Shown here: positions 1 to 8,363 of the stretch, in pieces
Layout: the number at the start of each line of letters is the position of its first letter
Position numbering within the stretch: position 1 is the first letter of the stretch
IMG/VR virus record: IMGVR_UViG_3300028863_000011
Coordinates: 1-28,562 of that record
Reading direction: 5' to 3' (one strand)
Origin: a virus
Taxonomy: Duplodnaviria; Caudoviricetes
DNA: 28,562 nt
Made by a program: the position numbers and the translations under genes
The notes under the pieces: generated by a model
Databases searched by the model: none
Seen by the model: only the letters and a program-made list of their open reading frames with translations
Told to the model about the DNA's origin: nothing

Positions 1-59
1 TACCGCCAGGGTAAAAGGCCAAAATGCAACAAACCCGCACGTTAGGCTAAACTTGGGCC

Positions 60-536
60 ATGACTGCTACCGCCTTCGACCTGCAGCCCGTCAAAGCGTC
101 CCTTGTGGCCGATCTGGTCGGGCTGATCAATATCAACCTCGCCGACTTGTTGCAGGTGAAGGCCATCACGTGCGGCAGCTGCGACGGGGTAGGCGTACTG
201 GGCGATGCGGAGATGCGCACCGAGATGACCTGCGCTACCTGCGGCGGTCTGGGCGCAGTGGAACAGTTCGTGTTCGACATGGCCCGGATGAAGTCCGTGC
301 AATTCGGCCGGCTGATTGAGGGTTGGGATGTAAAGCAGGGCCAGATCGTCCCGAAGCTGCGCAGCAAGGACAAATCGTTCGCCATGCTGGTCAAGCTGCT
401 GGGCTTCGATAAGGCCATTCTCGAAATCACCAACGCGGCGCCCTTCGCCGAGTCCATCTCCGACCAGCAGCGCGAGACGTACGTGGAGCAGCTCAAGGAG
501 CTAGCTGCCGCCGGCCTTCTGGATGCCCGCCAGTGA
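60..536 (+). CDS. Putative terminase small subunit with DnaJ-type Zn finger
   Basis: Directly upstream of TerL with a GTGA stop/start overlap at 533-536; 158 aa; two CxxCxGxG motifs (CGSCDGVG, CATCGGLG). Function is inferred from position. Confidence 0.6.
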   Translation: MTATAFDLQPVKASLVADLVGLININLADLLQVKAITCGSCDGVGVLGDAEMRTEMTCATCGGLGAVEQFVFDMARMKSVQFGRLIEGWDVKQGQIVPKLRSKDKSFAMLVKLLGFDKAILEITNAAPFAESISDQQRETYVEQLKELAAAGLLDARQ

Positions 537-2047
537 CCGGCGCGTGCCTAGCCGTTACCCACCCGCCCAACGTGGCCGCGAGCCCTGGCGGTGGCAGTCT
601 GCAAGCCGTGGACCCCATTCAGTTCTTGATCGAGGCGGCGCGAACCAATTACGCCGCGTTCGTGTCTGCCGTACACCGGCCGCGCTTCCGGCACTCGGCC
701 TTCTCGGCACGGGTGTGCCGGGAAATTGACGTCTTCGTGGAAGACGTGCTGGCCGGCAAGCGCCCGGTCCTGATGCTCACGGCAGGCCCCCAGCACGGTA
801 AGAGTTCGCTTATCGCACGCTGCCTGCCGCCCTATTTGTTCGGCCGGCTGACTGGCGAGTTGCCTGCCGTGCGTATCGCTTGCGCGTCCTATGCACTCAG
901 TTTGGCGCGACGCAACACGCGCGACGCAGCGGGCATCATGGACGAGCCCATCTACCGGGCCATCTTCCCGCACACCGCGCTCATCGGTTTTAAGGGTACG
1001 CGCACGTCCGACGGCTTCGATGTGCCGCAAGGCGGTGGCTTGCGCGGCGTGGGCGTGGGCGGCGGCCTCACGGGTTTCTCGCTTGACATCGCCATTGTGG
1101 ACGACGCCACATCCAACGCTCAGCAGGCGCTATCGACCGTCGTGCAGGACGGGCTAGAGGCATGGTACGAGTCCGTACTCATTACCCGCCTGCAACAGCG
1201 ATCGGGAACCGTCATCATTGGCACACCCTGGTCAGCCAACGATCTGTTAGCGCGCGTGCGGCGTAAAATGGAAGGTGATCCGCGCTTTCGGCGGCTGTCG
1301 TTCCCGGCGCTCAACCTACCCAGCGAGATTGGCTACGACCCAGAGCTGCCGGAAGGCGCGCTCGTTCCTGAATTGCACAGCGAGGCCAAGCTGCGCGAGA
1401 TGAAAGCCCACATGTCCGAGATGTGGTGGGCATCTCTTTTTCAGCAAACCCCGCTCGCAGAATACGGAGCGATCTTCAAACGCGATCATGTTCAATATTA
1501 CCGACGCGCTGAGCTACCGGCGAACCTCGTTCAGTGCATAATTTCGGTTGATGCTACCTTCAAGGATGGCGACGCGAGCGATTATGTCGGCGTCGGCGTA
1601 TGGGGCAAGACAAGCGACGATCGAGTGTGGTTGCTGGACTGGCGGCGTGAGAAACTCGCGTTTATGGCCACAGCATCGGCTATCGTCGATCTCAAGAAGA
1701 AGCACCCACGGGTAGCGCGCATCTACATCGAGGACGCAGCCAACGGCAGCGCCTTGATCGACATGTTAAAAAAACACATTACCGGTCTCGTCGGCGTGCC
1801 GCCGATGGGCTCGAAAGAAGCGCGTGCCCATGCGGTAAGCTGGGTCTGGCAAAATAAGTGCGTCATGCTCCCCCATCCTGACGAGAATCCCGGCATCGTG
1901 CCGGTTGTGGCCGAGATCACCAGCTTCCCCGACGTGGCCAACGACGATATGGTGGACATGATGACTATCGCATTACATCAACTATGCTTGCGGTCGCCGA
2001 TCGCCTCACTTATCACAGCGGACGTATTACGGATGGCAACCCAATGA
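533..2047 (+). CDS. terL: Terminase large subunit
   Basis: Walker A GPQHGKS, Walker B IAIVDD, coupling motif IIIGTPW, C-terminal nuclease motifs ISVDATFK, IYIEDAANG and NDDMVDM. Confidence 0.95.
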   Translation: MTGACLAVTHPPNVAASPGGGSLQAVDPIQFLIEAARTNYAAFVSAVHRPRFRHSAFSARVCREIDVFVEDVLAGKRPVLMLTAGPQHGKSSLIARCLPPYLFGRLTGELPAVRIACASYALSLARRNTRDAAGIMDEPIYRAIFPHTALIGFKGTRTSDGFDVPQGGGLRGVGVGGGLTGFSLDIAIVDDATSNAQQALSTVVQDGLEAWYESVLITRLQQRSGTVIIGTPWSANDLLARVRRKMEGDPRFRRLSFPALNLPSEIGYDPELPEGALVPELHSEAKLREMKAHMSEMWWASLFQQTPLAEYGAIFKRDHVQYYRRAELPANLVQCIISVDATFKDGDASDYVGVGVWGKTSDDRVWLLDWRREKLAFMATASAIVDLKKKHPRVARIYIEDAANGSALIDMLKKHITGLVGVPPMGSKEARAHAVSWVWQNKCVMLPHPDENPGIVPVVAEITSFPDVANDDMVDMMTIALHQLCLRSPIASLITADVLRMATQ

Positions 2048-3678
2048 CCAAGCGTCGGAACAAACAGCAAACCCCCCGCCGCCCGACCGTGCCGGTTCCG
2101 CTACCCAAGCCGGCACAACCTGGCGCGCCTGCCGATCCAGCTCACAAGGCGTTGACTGGCCCCGCCGTCGGCACTCTCGCACTGGAGAATGCGCCGCGCG
2201 GATCGGCTAGCCCGTCCATAGCCGCGGCGACCGCGCACACGGTGGACCCGAAAGCGTACCGGCAGGCGGAGCGCAAGGCGGCCGAGATGGCGCTGGACTT
2301 CAATGGCCAGTCGAGCAATGCGCTGACCTTCGTGGAGTCCACCAGCTTTCCGGGCTTTCCGACCCTGGCGCTGCTCGCCCAGCTGGCCGAGTACCGCACC
2401 ATGCACGAGACGCTCGCCGACGAGGTGGTGCGCATGTGGGGCAAGGTGAAGGCCGCGGGCGACGCCTCGCCGGAGACGCTGGCCGCCATCGAGGCAGAAC
2501 TCAAGCGCATCGACCTGCGTGCGCACGTGCGCCAGGCGGTCGTGCACGACCAGGCCTTCGGTGGCGCGCACATGTTTTTCAGCATGAAGGACGACAAGAC
2601 CGCGCGGGATACCCCGCTGGTGTTCCGTCCGTACAGCGTGCCCAAAGGCTCGTTTATCGGCGTGCGCGTGGTCGAGCCCTACTGGGTGACGCCGAACTTC
2701 TACAACTCGATCGACCCCACGGCGGCGGATTTCTACAAGCCATCGTCGTGGTGGCTGATCGGTATCGAAGTACACGCCACGCGCCTGCAGACGATCGTGT
2801 CGCGGCCCGTGCCAGACATGCTCAAACCCACGTATTCATTCCGCGGCATCTCGATGTCGCAGCTGGCCATTCCCTACGTCGACAACTGGCTGCGCACGCG
2901 CCAGTCGGTCAGCGACACGGTCAAGCAGTTCAGTGTGTCAGGCGTGGCGATGGATCTGGCTCAGGCCTTGCAGCCGGGCGCGAACGTCGAGCTGCAGCAG
3001 CGCGCCATGCTGATCAACGCGTACCGCGACAACCGCAATCTGATGTTGCTGGACAAGGCGACCGAGGAGTTCTTTCAGGTCAATACGCCGCTGTCCGGGC
3101 TTGATGCGCTCCAGGCGCAGAGTCAGGAGCAGATGTCGGCCGTGTCGCATATCCCGCTGGTCAAGCTGCTAGGCCTCACGCCGACTGGCCTGAACGCCTC
3201 CAGCGAGGGCGAGATTCGGGTGTTCTACGATTACGTGCGCGGCTACCAGAGCAACACGCTGACGCCGCTCCTGCAGAACGTGCTCAAAGTCGTGCAGCTG
3301 TCTCTGTTCGGTGCGATCGACGATGGCATCACATGGGAATGGGAGCCGCTGCAGGAACTCACCGCGCTGGAGGCGGCCGACAAGCGCAACAAGGACGCCG
3401 ACGCCGACCAGAAATGGGTGGACATGGGCGCGATCAATGCGCAGCACGTCGCGCAGCGCCTGGCGGCGGATCCGTCTAGCGGCTATTCCGGTATCTTTGA
3501 CGGCACCGACGCCGTCGAGCCGGCCGACGACGACATCGCAGGCATCACCCAGCAAATTCTACAGATCGGCAACGAGGGCGCCCCGAATGACAACCTCAAC
3601 GAACCTGCAAGCGCCGGGCAAGAAAGAGAAGAAACTCCCGCCGATCCTGCCCAACCACGGAACGGAAGCGGCCTATAA
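2044..3678 (+). CDS. Portal protein (DUF1073-like)
   Basis: Follows TerL with an ATGA overlap (ATG at 2044, preferred over 1984). Motifs IPLVKLLGLTPTGLNASSEGEIRVFYD and VHATRL are typical of this portal family. Confidence 0.9.
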   Translation: MTKRRNKQQTPRRPTVPVPLPKPAQPGAPADPAHKALTGPAVGTLALENAPRGSASPSIAAATAHTVDPKAYRQAERKAAEMALDFNGQSSNALTFVESTSFPGFPTLALLAQLAEYRTMHETLADEVVRMWGKVKAAGDASPETLAAIEAELKRIDLRAHVRQAVVHDQAFGGAHMFFSMKDDKTARDTPLVFRPYSVPKGSFIGVRVVEPYWVTPNFYNSIDPTAADFYKPSSWWLIGIEVHATRLQTIVSRPVPDMLKPTYSFRGISMSQLAIPYVDNWLRTRQSVSDTVKQFSVSGVAMDLAQALQPGANVELQQRAMLINAYRDNRNLMLLDKATEEFFQVNTPLSGLDALQAQSQEQMSAVSHIPLVKLLGLTPTGLNASSEGEIRVFYDYVRGYQSNTLTPLLQNVLKVVQLSLFGAIDDGITWEWEPLQELTALEAADKRNKDADADQKWVDMGAINAQHVAQRLAADPSSGYSGIFDGTDAVEPADDDIAGITQQILQIGNEGAPNDNLNEPASAGQEREETPADPAQPRNGSGL

Positions 3679-4528
3679 GGCGGCGCTTGAGCGCGAAACC
3701 CGCACGATGGTCAAGAGCTACCTGTGGTGGATCTCCAATCGTTACCAGACCGCTGTGGAAGCCAATGCCGACGCAGGGCGCATCCCCGATCTAGCGCAGG
3801 ACGCCGCACCGAAGACTGCGCAACAGCGCCTTCTCGCAGAGCTAGGCCGGCTGCAAAAACATTGGGAGAGTCACTTCAAGGACGTCGCCAAGCGCCTGGC
3901 TACGCGCTGGGTTGGGGCGAGCTACAGGGACAACGCGAACGCGTGGAAGGCCCAGGCGCGGCGCGCCGGCTTCACGGTAGACATGCAACGGACTCCGGCG
4001 CAGCGCGCGGTGCTGGACGTGGCCGTGCCGGAGAATGTGTCGCTGATCAAGTCCATCCCACAGCAGTTCGCCACCGACGTGCACGGCATCGTGACCCGTT
4101 CGTTCCTAGCCGGCCGCGACCTGCATACCATGGCCGACGCATTGCGTAAGCGCGGCAGCATCACCGTCGACCGTGCGGCGCTGATTGCGCGCGACCAGTC
4201 GAACAAGCTGACCGCAGATATGAACGCTGCGCGGCAACGCGAATTAAGCCTGTGGTGGGCCGTGTGGAAGCATTCGAGTGCCGGCAAGGAGCCTCGCGTC
4301 AATCATGTGCGCGCGAGCCGAGAGGAGTGGATTTTCAACACTCAGGTGGGAATTGATTTCGGCGACGGTTTTGGGTACGTACTGCCAGGAAAGGCTATAC
4401 GTTGCCGTTGCGGGTCACGTACGTTGATTCCGGCGATTGGCCGCAACCTGGCTAGCGGCAAGGTGTTTGACCCCGAGAAACTAGAGCCTGTGCCCGGTTT
4501 CCCGGGCGCGTACCGCCAGCGCGACTAG
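3587..4528 (+). CDS. Minor head protein (Mu gpF / SPP1 gp7-like)
   Basis: Motifs RAALIARDQSNK, WKHSSAGKEPRVNH and PGKAIRCRC. Likely start is ATG 3587 after GAGGG, overlapping the portal 3' end by 92 nt. Confidence 0.85.
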   Translation: MTTSTNLQAPGKKEKKLPPILPNHGTEAAYKAALERETRTMVKSYLWWISNRYQTAVEANADAGRIPDLAQDAAPKTAQQRLLAELGRLQKHWESHFKDVAKRLATRWVGASYRDNANAWKAQARRAGFTVDMQRTPAQRAVLDVAVPENVSLIKSIPQQFATDVHGIVTRSFLAGRDLHTMADALRKRGSITVDRAALIARDQSNKLTADMNAARQRELSLWWAVWKHSSAGKEPRVNHVRASREEWIFNTQVGIDFGDGFGYVLPGKAIRCRCGSRTLIPAIGRNLASGKVFDPEKLEPVPGFPGAYRQRD

Positions 4529-4698
4529 ATCTTTCCTTTCTCCACGCACTGGGATAGGTGGGCGTCGATAGCTTTGGTCCAAATATCCATCAAGGTGCAC
4601 GTTACGTGGCGCTTCGTGGTTCGCTGGAATTTAGATTCCTCACGAATCGAATCGCGCACCTGCTCCAACGTCATCCTGCTATCTCGTTCGGCGGTCAT
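4525..4698 (-). CDS. Small hypothetical protein, 57 aa (MTAERDSRMTLEQVRD...AIDAHLSQCVEKGKI)
   Basis: Read manually, below the ORF track cutoff. ATGA-coupled to the methyltransferase stop; its TAG overlaps the convergent TAG of the minor head gene in CTAG 4525-4528. Confidence 0.65.
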   Translation of the reverse strand: MTAERDSRMTLEQVRDSIREESKFQRTTKRHVTCTLMDIWTKAIDAHLSQCVEKGKI

Positions 4699-5174
4699 GG
4701 GTTGTTGTCCTTGCTGAATATGAGTAGTACGCAGTCCACGGGCGAAACGTGCTGTGCGCCAACGAACTTCGACTTAGGTTTGAAGAATCGCGGCACAGCG
4801 CCAAGCTCAAGCGCACGATGAAACCAGCGGGCGTTAGTGCGGGCAGGAACGAGGAAAACGGCCAGCTCCGCATCCGGCGCAAGTTCAAGGAACGGTGCGA
4901 TATTTGACCACGGTGGATTGCAGAACACGCGCTCACCAGCCCAAGGCAACTGTTCGTCAGCGGTCGATGCGCGTGGCAACAGGCCGTTCCCAGGCTCCGA
5001 CGCGCCGTCAAGCGTGAAATGGAACTCAGCGTGCAGAGGGTCAAAGACCTTTGCTGGCGTGCACCGGTTCTGGCGGCGCCCCCTGCCGTACCATTGGACG
5101 TAAGCCGACTTCATCCGGCCCGGGTAATCACTGGTTACTTCTAGAACTTGGTTCATGGTAAGCAAGTCGCTCAC
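4695..5174 (-). CDS. Phage DNA N6-adenine methyltransferase (phage Dam-like family)
   Basis: TP..F..L..EF.FTLD N-terminal pattern, catalytic VFCNPPWS (NPPY-like), and VFLVPARTNARWF. Confidence 0.85.
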   Translation of the reverse strand: MSDLLTMNQVLEVTSDYPGRMKSAYVQWYGRGRRQNRCTPAKVFDPLHAEFHFTLDGASEPGNGLLPRASTADEQLPWAGERVFCNPPWSNIAPFLELAPDAELAVFLVPARTNARWFHRALELGAVPRFFKPKSKFVGAQHVSPVDCVLLIFSKDNNP

Positions 5175-5530
5175 GACTTCCCCCTCACCATCGATTCGGT
5201 CGTTTCTTCGCGTGGCGGCAATTTCCCGTCAGCCACGTTTCGGGCGATAGCTTTCTCAGTCATCTTCACGGCATGTGCGATAGCGTCATCCTTCGACCAG
5301 TCGCGATAGCAATTGTCGTGGTTGACGATGTTTATCCATTGCGTATCCCAAAGGCGAACCTCACCGGCACCAACCACCACGGGACGCTCAAGGATTTCTT
5401 TCAGTGCATCGGCGTGCTTATGAAGCCTCAGGTATTCTTCGTAAGAGCATTCGCCCTTCAGGTAGCGATTCGCGTCCTTCTTGATCGCATCCACCAGCTC
5501 CCGCATAGCGCGGTTGTCGGGGGTTATCAT
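5171..5530 (-). CDS. Hypothetical protein
   Basis: 119 aa ORF coupled by 4-nt overlaps to both neighbours. Confidence 0.75.
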   Translation of the reverse strand: MITPDNRAMRELVDAIKKDANRYLKGECSYEEYLRLHKHADALKEILERPVVVGAGEVRLWDTQWINIVNHDNCYRDWSKDDAIAHAVKMTEKAIARNVADGKLPPREETTESMVRGKS

Positions 5531-6072
5531 CGCTGCATCCCTTTCGGCACGTCGTCTTTCTCGATGGTCTTTTTGAATCCAACCCCAGCGGCAACGTGAA
5601 AAACCACTACCCCTTCGGGCTTAGTGAAGCCAGGAACTGCGCGGCTACCATTCATCGCCAACTCAGACAGGGCGGCGTTGATGGATTCCTGACTGAATTC
5701 GCCTCGATACAGTGTCGGAACAACGTGGCAGCATGAAGGGCGGCCATCGCCGTCCCATCTAGTCACGTTAAAAAGAGAAAATCGTTTCTCTCTCAGGCCA
5801 TACCCCCGCTGAATGCCGCAGCCCCACCACTCGCCAAAATGGCGGCCCGGACCAAGCTTCAATATTTCATCGCGGTTCTCGTTTACCCACGCAGCAAAGC
5901 CGAAGTTGTCATCTTTAGGCGTGATCCATCGTGTTCGACTTCCGGGCAACAGAAGTCCGTCTTCAGTGATATAAATCTGAGCATTCGTGCCGTCTAACTT
6001 TTCTGTAACGACGATTTCCCGAGCCAGTCTAGCCAGCTTAGGAAACTCAATGAATTCGATAATTTCACTCAT
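5527..6072 (-). CDS. RNA ligase (Rnl2-like nucleotidyltransferase domain only)
   Basis: Motif I TEKLDGTN, GSRTRWI, FGEWWG.GIQ, FSLFN, motif IV PEGVVV and motif V FKK. Start ATG 6072 with GGAG ribosome binding site (RBS). Confidence 0.88.
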   Translation of the reverse strand: MSEIIEFIEFPKLARLAREIVVTEKLDGTNAQIYITEDGLLLPGSRTRWITPKDDNFGFAAWVNENRDEILKLGPGRHFGEWWGCGIQRGYGLREKRFSLFNVTRWDGDGRPSCCHVVPTLYRGEFSQESINAALSELAMNGSRAVPGFTKPEGVVVFHVAAGVGFKKTIEKDDVPKGMQR

Positions 6073-6077
6073 TTCGC

Positions 6078-6350
6078 CTACTCCTTGATCGCGTTGAATA
6101 CGGCGGTGAGGGCAGCATCCCAGCACTCGTATGCCGTGTGCGCACCAGACACAAGCTTTACCGAATACGCCTCGTGAGCAATCGACGACAACTCAGGCGT
6201 CACCTCAAGGGACTGGATGGCAGCTTGCCAGCCCATCTCCATAGCCCGGCGCATGTCGCCATCTGTAGGCATACCTAGAGGATTGTTGTGCGCACGGGCT
6301 AGCTTGTTGCTAATCAGGTCGATGTACCACTTCTCAAACTTCGCGTTCAT
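6078..6350 (-). CDS. Hypothetical protein
   Basis: First gene of the reverse cassette; ATG 6350 lies downstream of the promoter at 6379-6407. Confidence 0.7.
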   Translation of the reverse strand: MNAKFEKWYIDLISNKLARAHNNPLGMPTDGDMRRAMEMGWQAAIQSLEVTPELSSIAHEAYSVKLVSGAHTAYECWDAALTAVFNAIKE

Positions 6351-6378
6351 GTCTAGCCCTATGGTGGATGGTAAAGGC

Positions 6379-6407
6379 ATTCTCACACTCTTAGATTGAC
6401 GTGTCAA
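6379..6407 (-). promoter_or_regulatory. Sigma70-like promoter for the RNA ligase/methyltransferase cassette
   Basis: Minus strand TTGACA-17 nt-GAGAAT. Confidence 0.6.
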
Positions 6408-6476
6408 CACCTTGACAGCATAAACTCGCACGTTCACTAATTGCGCACGCGTGCGCGCTTAGCTACCATGCGACGC

Positions 6477-7841
6477 ATGCCTGATAACCGCATCATATTT
6501 GCTTTCGATAAGCAGACCGCGCGCAGCCGCGACGCGGATGGCCGGATGCGCGTCAAGAACTGCATTCTGTCCACGGCGGAAATTAACCCTTACCGCGGCT
6601 CGGAGATCCCAGGCTATGACCAGTTGGGCCTCAAACCCAATCACGTCTATGACCTGTATCGCGACCCGGACGAGATGGCCAGGGCGGCGTCGACCTTCGA
6701 GGGCGTGCCGTTGATGATCAAGCACATCCCGCAGACCGCCGACGACCCGCGCAAGGAATATCAGGCCGGCGCGGTCCATTCGGTCAAATTTGACGGCAAG
6801 CACCTGCGCGGCGATTTGCTCGTATCCGATGGCAAGGCCATTGACCTGATCGAATCCGAAGCCATGACCGATCTGTCGTGCGGTTACCGTTACAAGCCCG
6901 ATATGCAGGCCGGCGAAGTGAACGGCCGGCGCCACGATGGCGTAATGCGCAATATCGAAGGCAACCACGTCGCACTGGTCGACGACGGACGCGCTAGTGG
7001 CGCGCACGTCGCCGATAGCGCACTATTTGACCCGCAAGGGCCGAACCCATCCATGCAAGGAGTAGACGAAATGGCAGGTGAGAATAACCTCCCGGCAGGT
7101 GGGCCTCCCGGCTCGGCTGCAGGCGAAAATCACGAAGATTCCGCAATGGCCCAGGTAGGCCAGGCGCTCAAGCACATTGCCGGTTTGCTGGAGAATATCC
7201 ACGGCAAGCTGGGCGGCAACGCGGGCGAAGCGAAGCCCGCGGCTGAGCCGATGGCCAATGCCGCCAACGCTGAAAACGCCGAGGACGAGGATCCGACCAA
7301 GAAGGAAGGCCGCGAGGCGGAAGACGGCGAGCTGGATCCGGCCGTGAAGTCCAAGGGCGCCGAGGACGAGGCCAAGGAAGGCGAAGGCGAAGGCGAAGGC
7401 GCGATGGACGAGGAGGGTGAATACCCCATGCCCAAGCAGGCCGAGCAGGAAGGCACCCCGGCGCGTGGCGGTAAGACCATCGCTATGGACGCCGCTGTGC
7501 GCAAGCACACCCAGACCGCTGTCGCTGCTGCGCTTAAGCAGGAACGCGAGCGTGCGGCGGGTGTGGAGCGTGCCAAGCGTGTCACGCGTGGCGTGCTCGG
7601 CGATGTCATCGCCATGGACAGCGCCGCCGGCATCTACCGCGAAGCGCTCAAGACCGTGGGCATCGACCCGGCGAATGTGCCTAAGGGCCAGGCGCGCGTG
7701 GCGTGGGACACCTACGTGGCGACCGCTGGCCGCGCGGCCGGTGTGCGCCAACAGACCGAGATGGCTATGGATTCCGCTGGTGTCACGACTTACCAGAACG
7801 GCGTGCTAGCCTCCCTCTCCAAGATCCGCAACCTGGGCTAA
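6477..7841 (+). CDS. Prohead protease/scaffold (DUF2213-like)
   Basis: Motifs LYRDPDE, LSCGYRY and NHVALVDDGRASG, followed by an acidic low-complexity C-terminal half; lies between minor head and capsid genes. Start is 6477 or 6468. Confidence 0.85.
   Translation: MPDNRIIFAFDKQTARSRDADGRMRVKNCILSTAEINPYRGSEIPGYDQLGLKPNHVYDLYRDPDEMARAASTFEGVPLMIKHIPQTADDPRKEYQAGAVHSVKFDGKHLRGDLLVSDGKAIDLIESEAMTDLSCGYRYKPDMQAGEVNGRRHDGVMRNIEGNHVALVDDGRASGAHVADSALFDPQGPNPSMQGVDEMAGENNLPAGGPPGSAAGENHEDSAMAQVGQALKHIAGLLENIHGKLGGNAGEAKPAAEPMANAANAENAEDEDPTKKEGREAEDGELDPAVKSKGAEDEAKEGEGEGEGAMDEEGEYPMPKQAEQEGTPARGGKTIAMDAAVRKHTQTAVAAALKQERERAAGVERAKRVTRGVLGDVIAMDSAAGIYREALKTVGIDPANVPKGQARVAWDTYVATAGRAAGVRQQTEMAMDSAGVTTYQNGVLASLSKIRNLG
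7071..7841 (+). CDS. Putative nested scaffolding protein (internal in-frame start)
   Basis: AAGGAG followed by 8 nt then in-frame ATG 7071, at the boundary between the conserved domain and the acidic region. Confidence 0.55.
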   Translation: MAGENNLPAGGPPGSAAGENHEDSAMAQVGQALKHIAGLLENIHGKLGGNAGEAKPAAEPMANAANAENAEDEDPTKKEGREAEDGELDPAVKSKGAEDEAKEGEGEGEGAMDEEGEYPMPKQAEQEGTPARGGKTIAMDAAVRKHTQTAVAAALKQERERAAGVERAKRVTRGVLGDVIAMDSAAGIYREALKTVGIDPANVPKGQARVAWDTYVATAGRAAGVRQQTEMAMDSAGVTTYQNGVLASLSKIRNLG

Positions 7842-7855
7842 AGGAAAAAACAACC

Positions 7856-8356
7856 ATGTTTCAGAATCAGGTGTACATCAATCCGGCCCAGGCAGTCCCC
7901 GGCGATTTCGCGTCGACTAACCCGATGGTCTTCAAGCTGTCGGGCGCCGGTAAGTGCGTGGCCGACGCATCAGGTGTCAGTGTGGGCCGCTTCGCCGTGC
8001 TCAACACCGACGGCACCGTCACCTCCATTCCGGGCGTGACCCCGGCACCGATCCAGCGCCTGGGCTTCGTGAACCGCGTGAATAACGCGCAGATCGTGAC
8101 CTATCTGGCCGAGTCGGGATACACGATCCAGCCGGGCCAGCCGGTGTCGCTGTTCGGCACGGGTGACTGGTTCGTGAAGGCCGACGCCATCACCGGCTCA
8201 CCGACGCGCGGCGCACTAATCGCGTGGGATTTTACCACCGGCCTCATCAACATCGGCGCCACGATCGCCGGCAACCTCATCGACACCGGCTACACGCTGG
8301 TCAGTGAGTCGGCGACGGTGGGCGCCACCGTCATCATCAGCAACACGGGCGCATAA
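7856..8356 (+). CDS. Head decoration/cement protein
   Basis: AAGGA RBS; N-terminus MFQNQVYINPAQAVPGDFASTNP; located between scaffold and major capsid gene. Confidence 0.75.
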   Translation: MFQNQVYINPAQAVPGDFASTNPMVFKLSGAGKCVADASGVSVGRFAVLNTDGTVTSIPGVTPAPIQRLGFVNRVNNAQIVTYLAESGYTIQPGQPVSLFGTGDWFVKADAITGSPTRGALIAWDFTTGLINIGATIAGNLIDTGYTLVSESATVGATVIISNTGA

Positions 8357-8363
8357 GGGACAC

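Noticed and set aside
46-55. GCTAAACTTG repeated at 46-55 and 18999-19008
   Set aside because: Only two copies of a 10-mer in different promoter contexts; not enough to call an operator.
2101-2775. Long antisense or alternate-frame ORFs (for example 2101-2775, 7023-7751, 8762-9598, 15563-16264, 25862-26467)
   Set aside because: Shadow ORFs expected in high-GC coding DNA; no recognisable motifs.
3311-3586. Long N-terminal extensions in the ORF track (3311, 1984, 7703, 8304, 13574, 14566, 6126, 21814, 25294)
   Set aside because: They overlap upstream genes heavily; downstream starts have an RBS or 1-4 nt stop/start coupling.
2044-3678. Anti-CBASS Acb1 label sometimes given to this portal family
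   Set aside because: No appended 2H-phosphoesterase domain is evident; size and position fit a plain portal.
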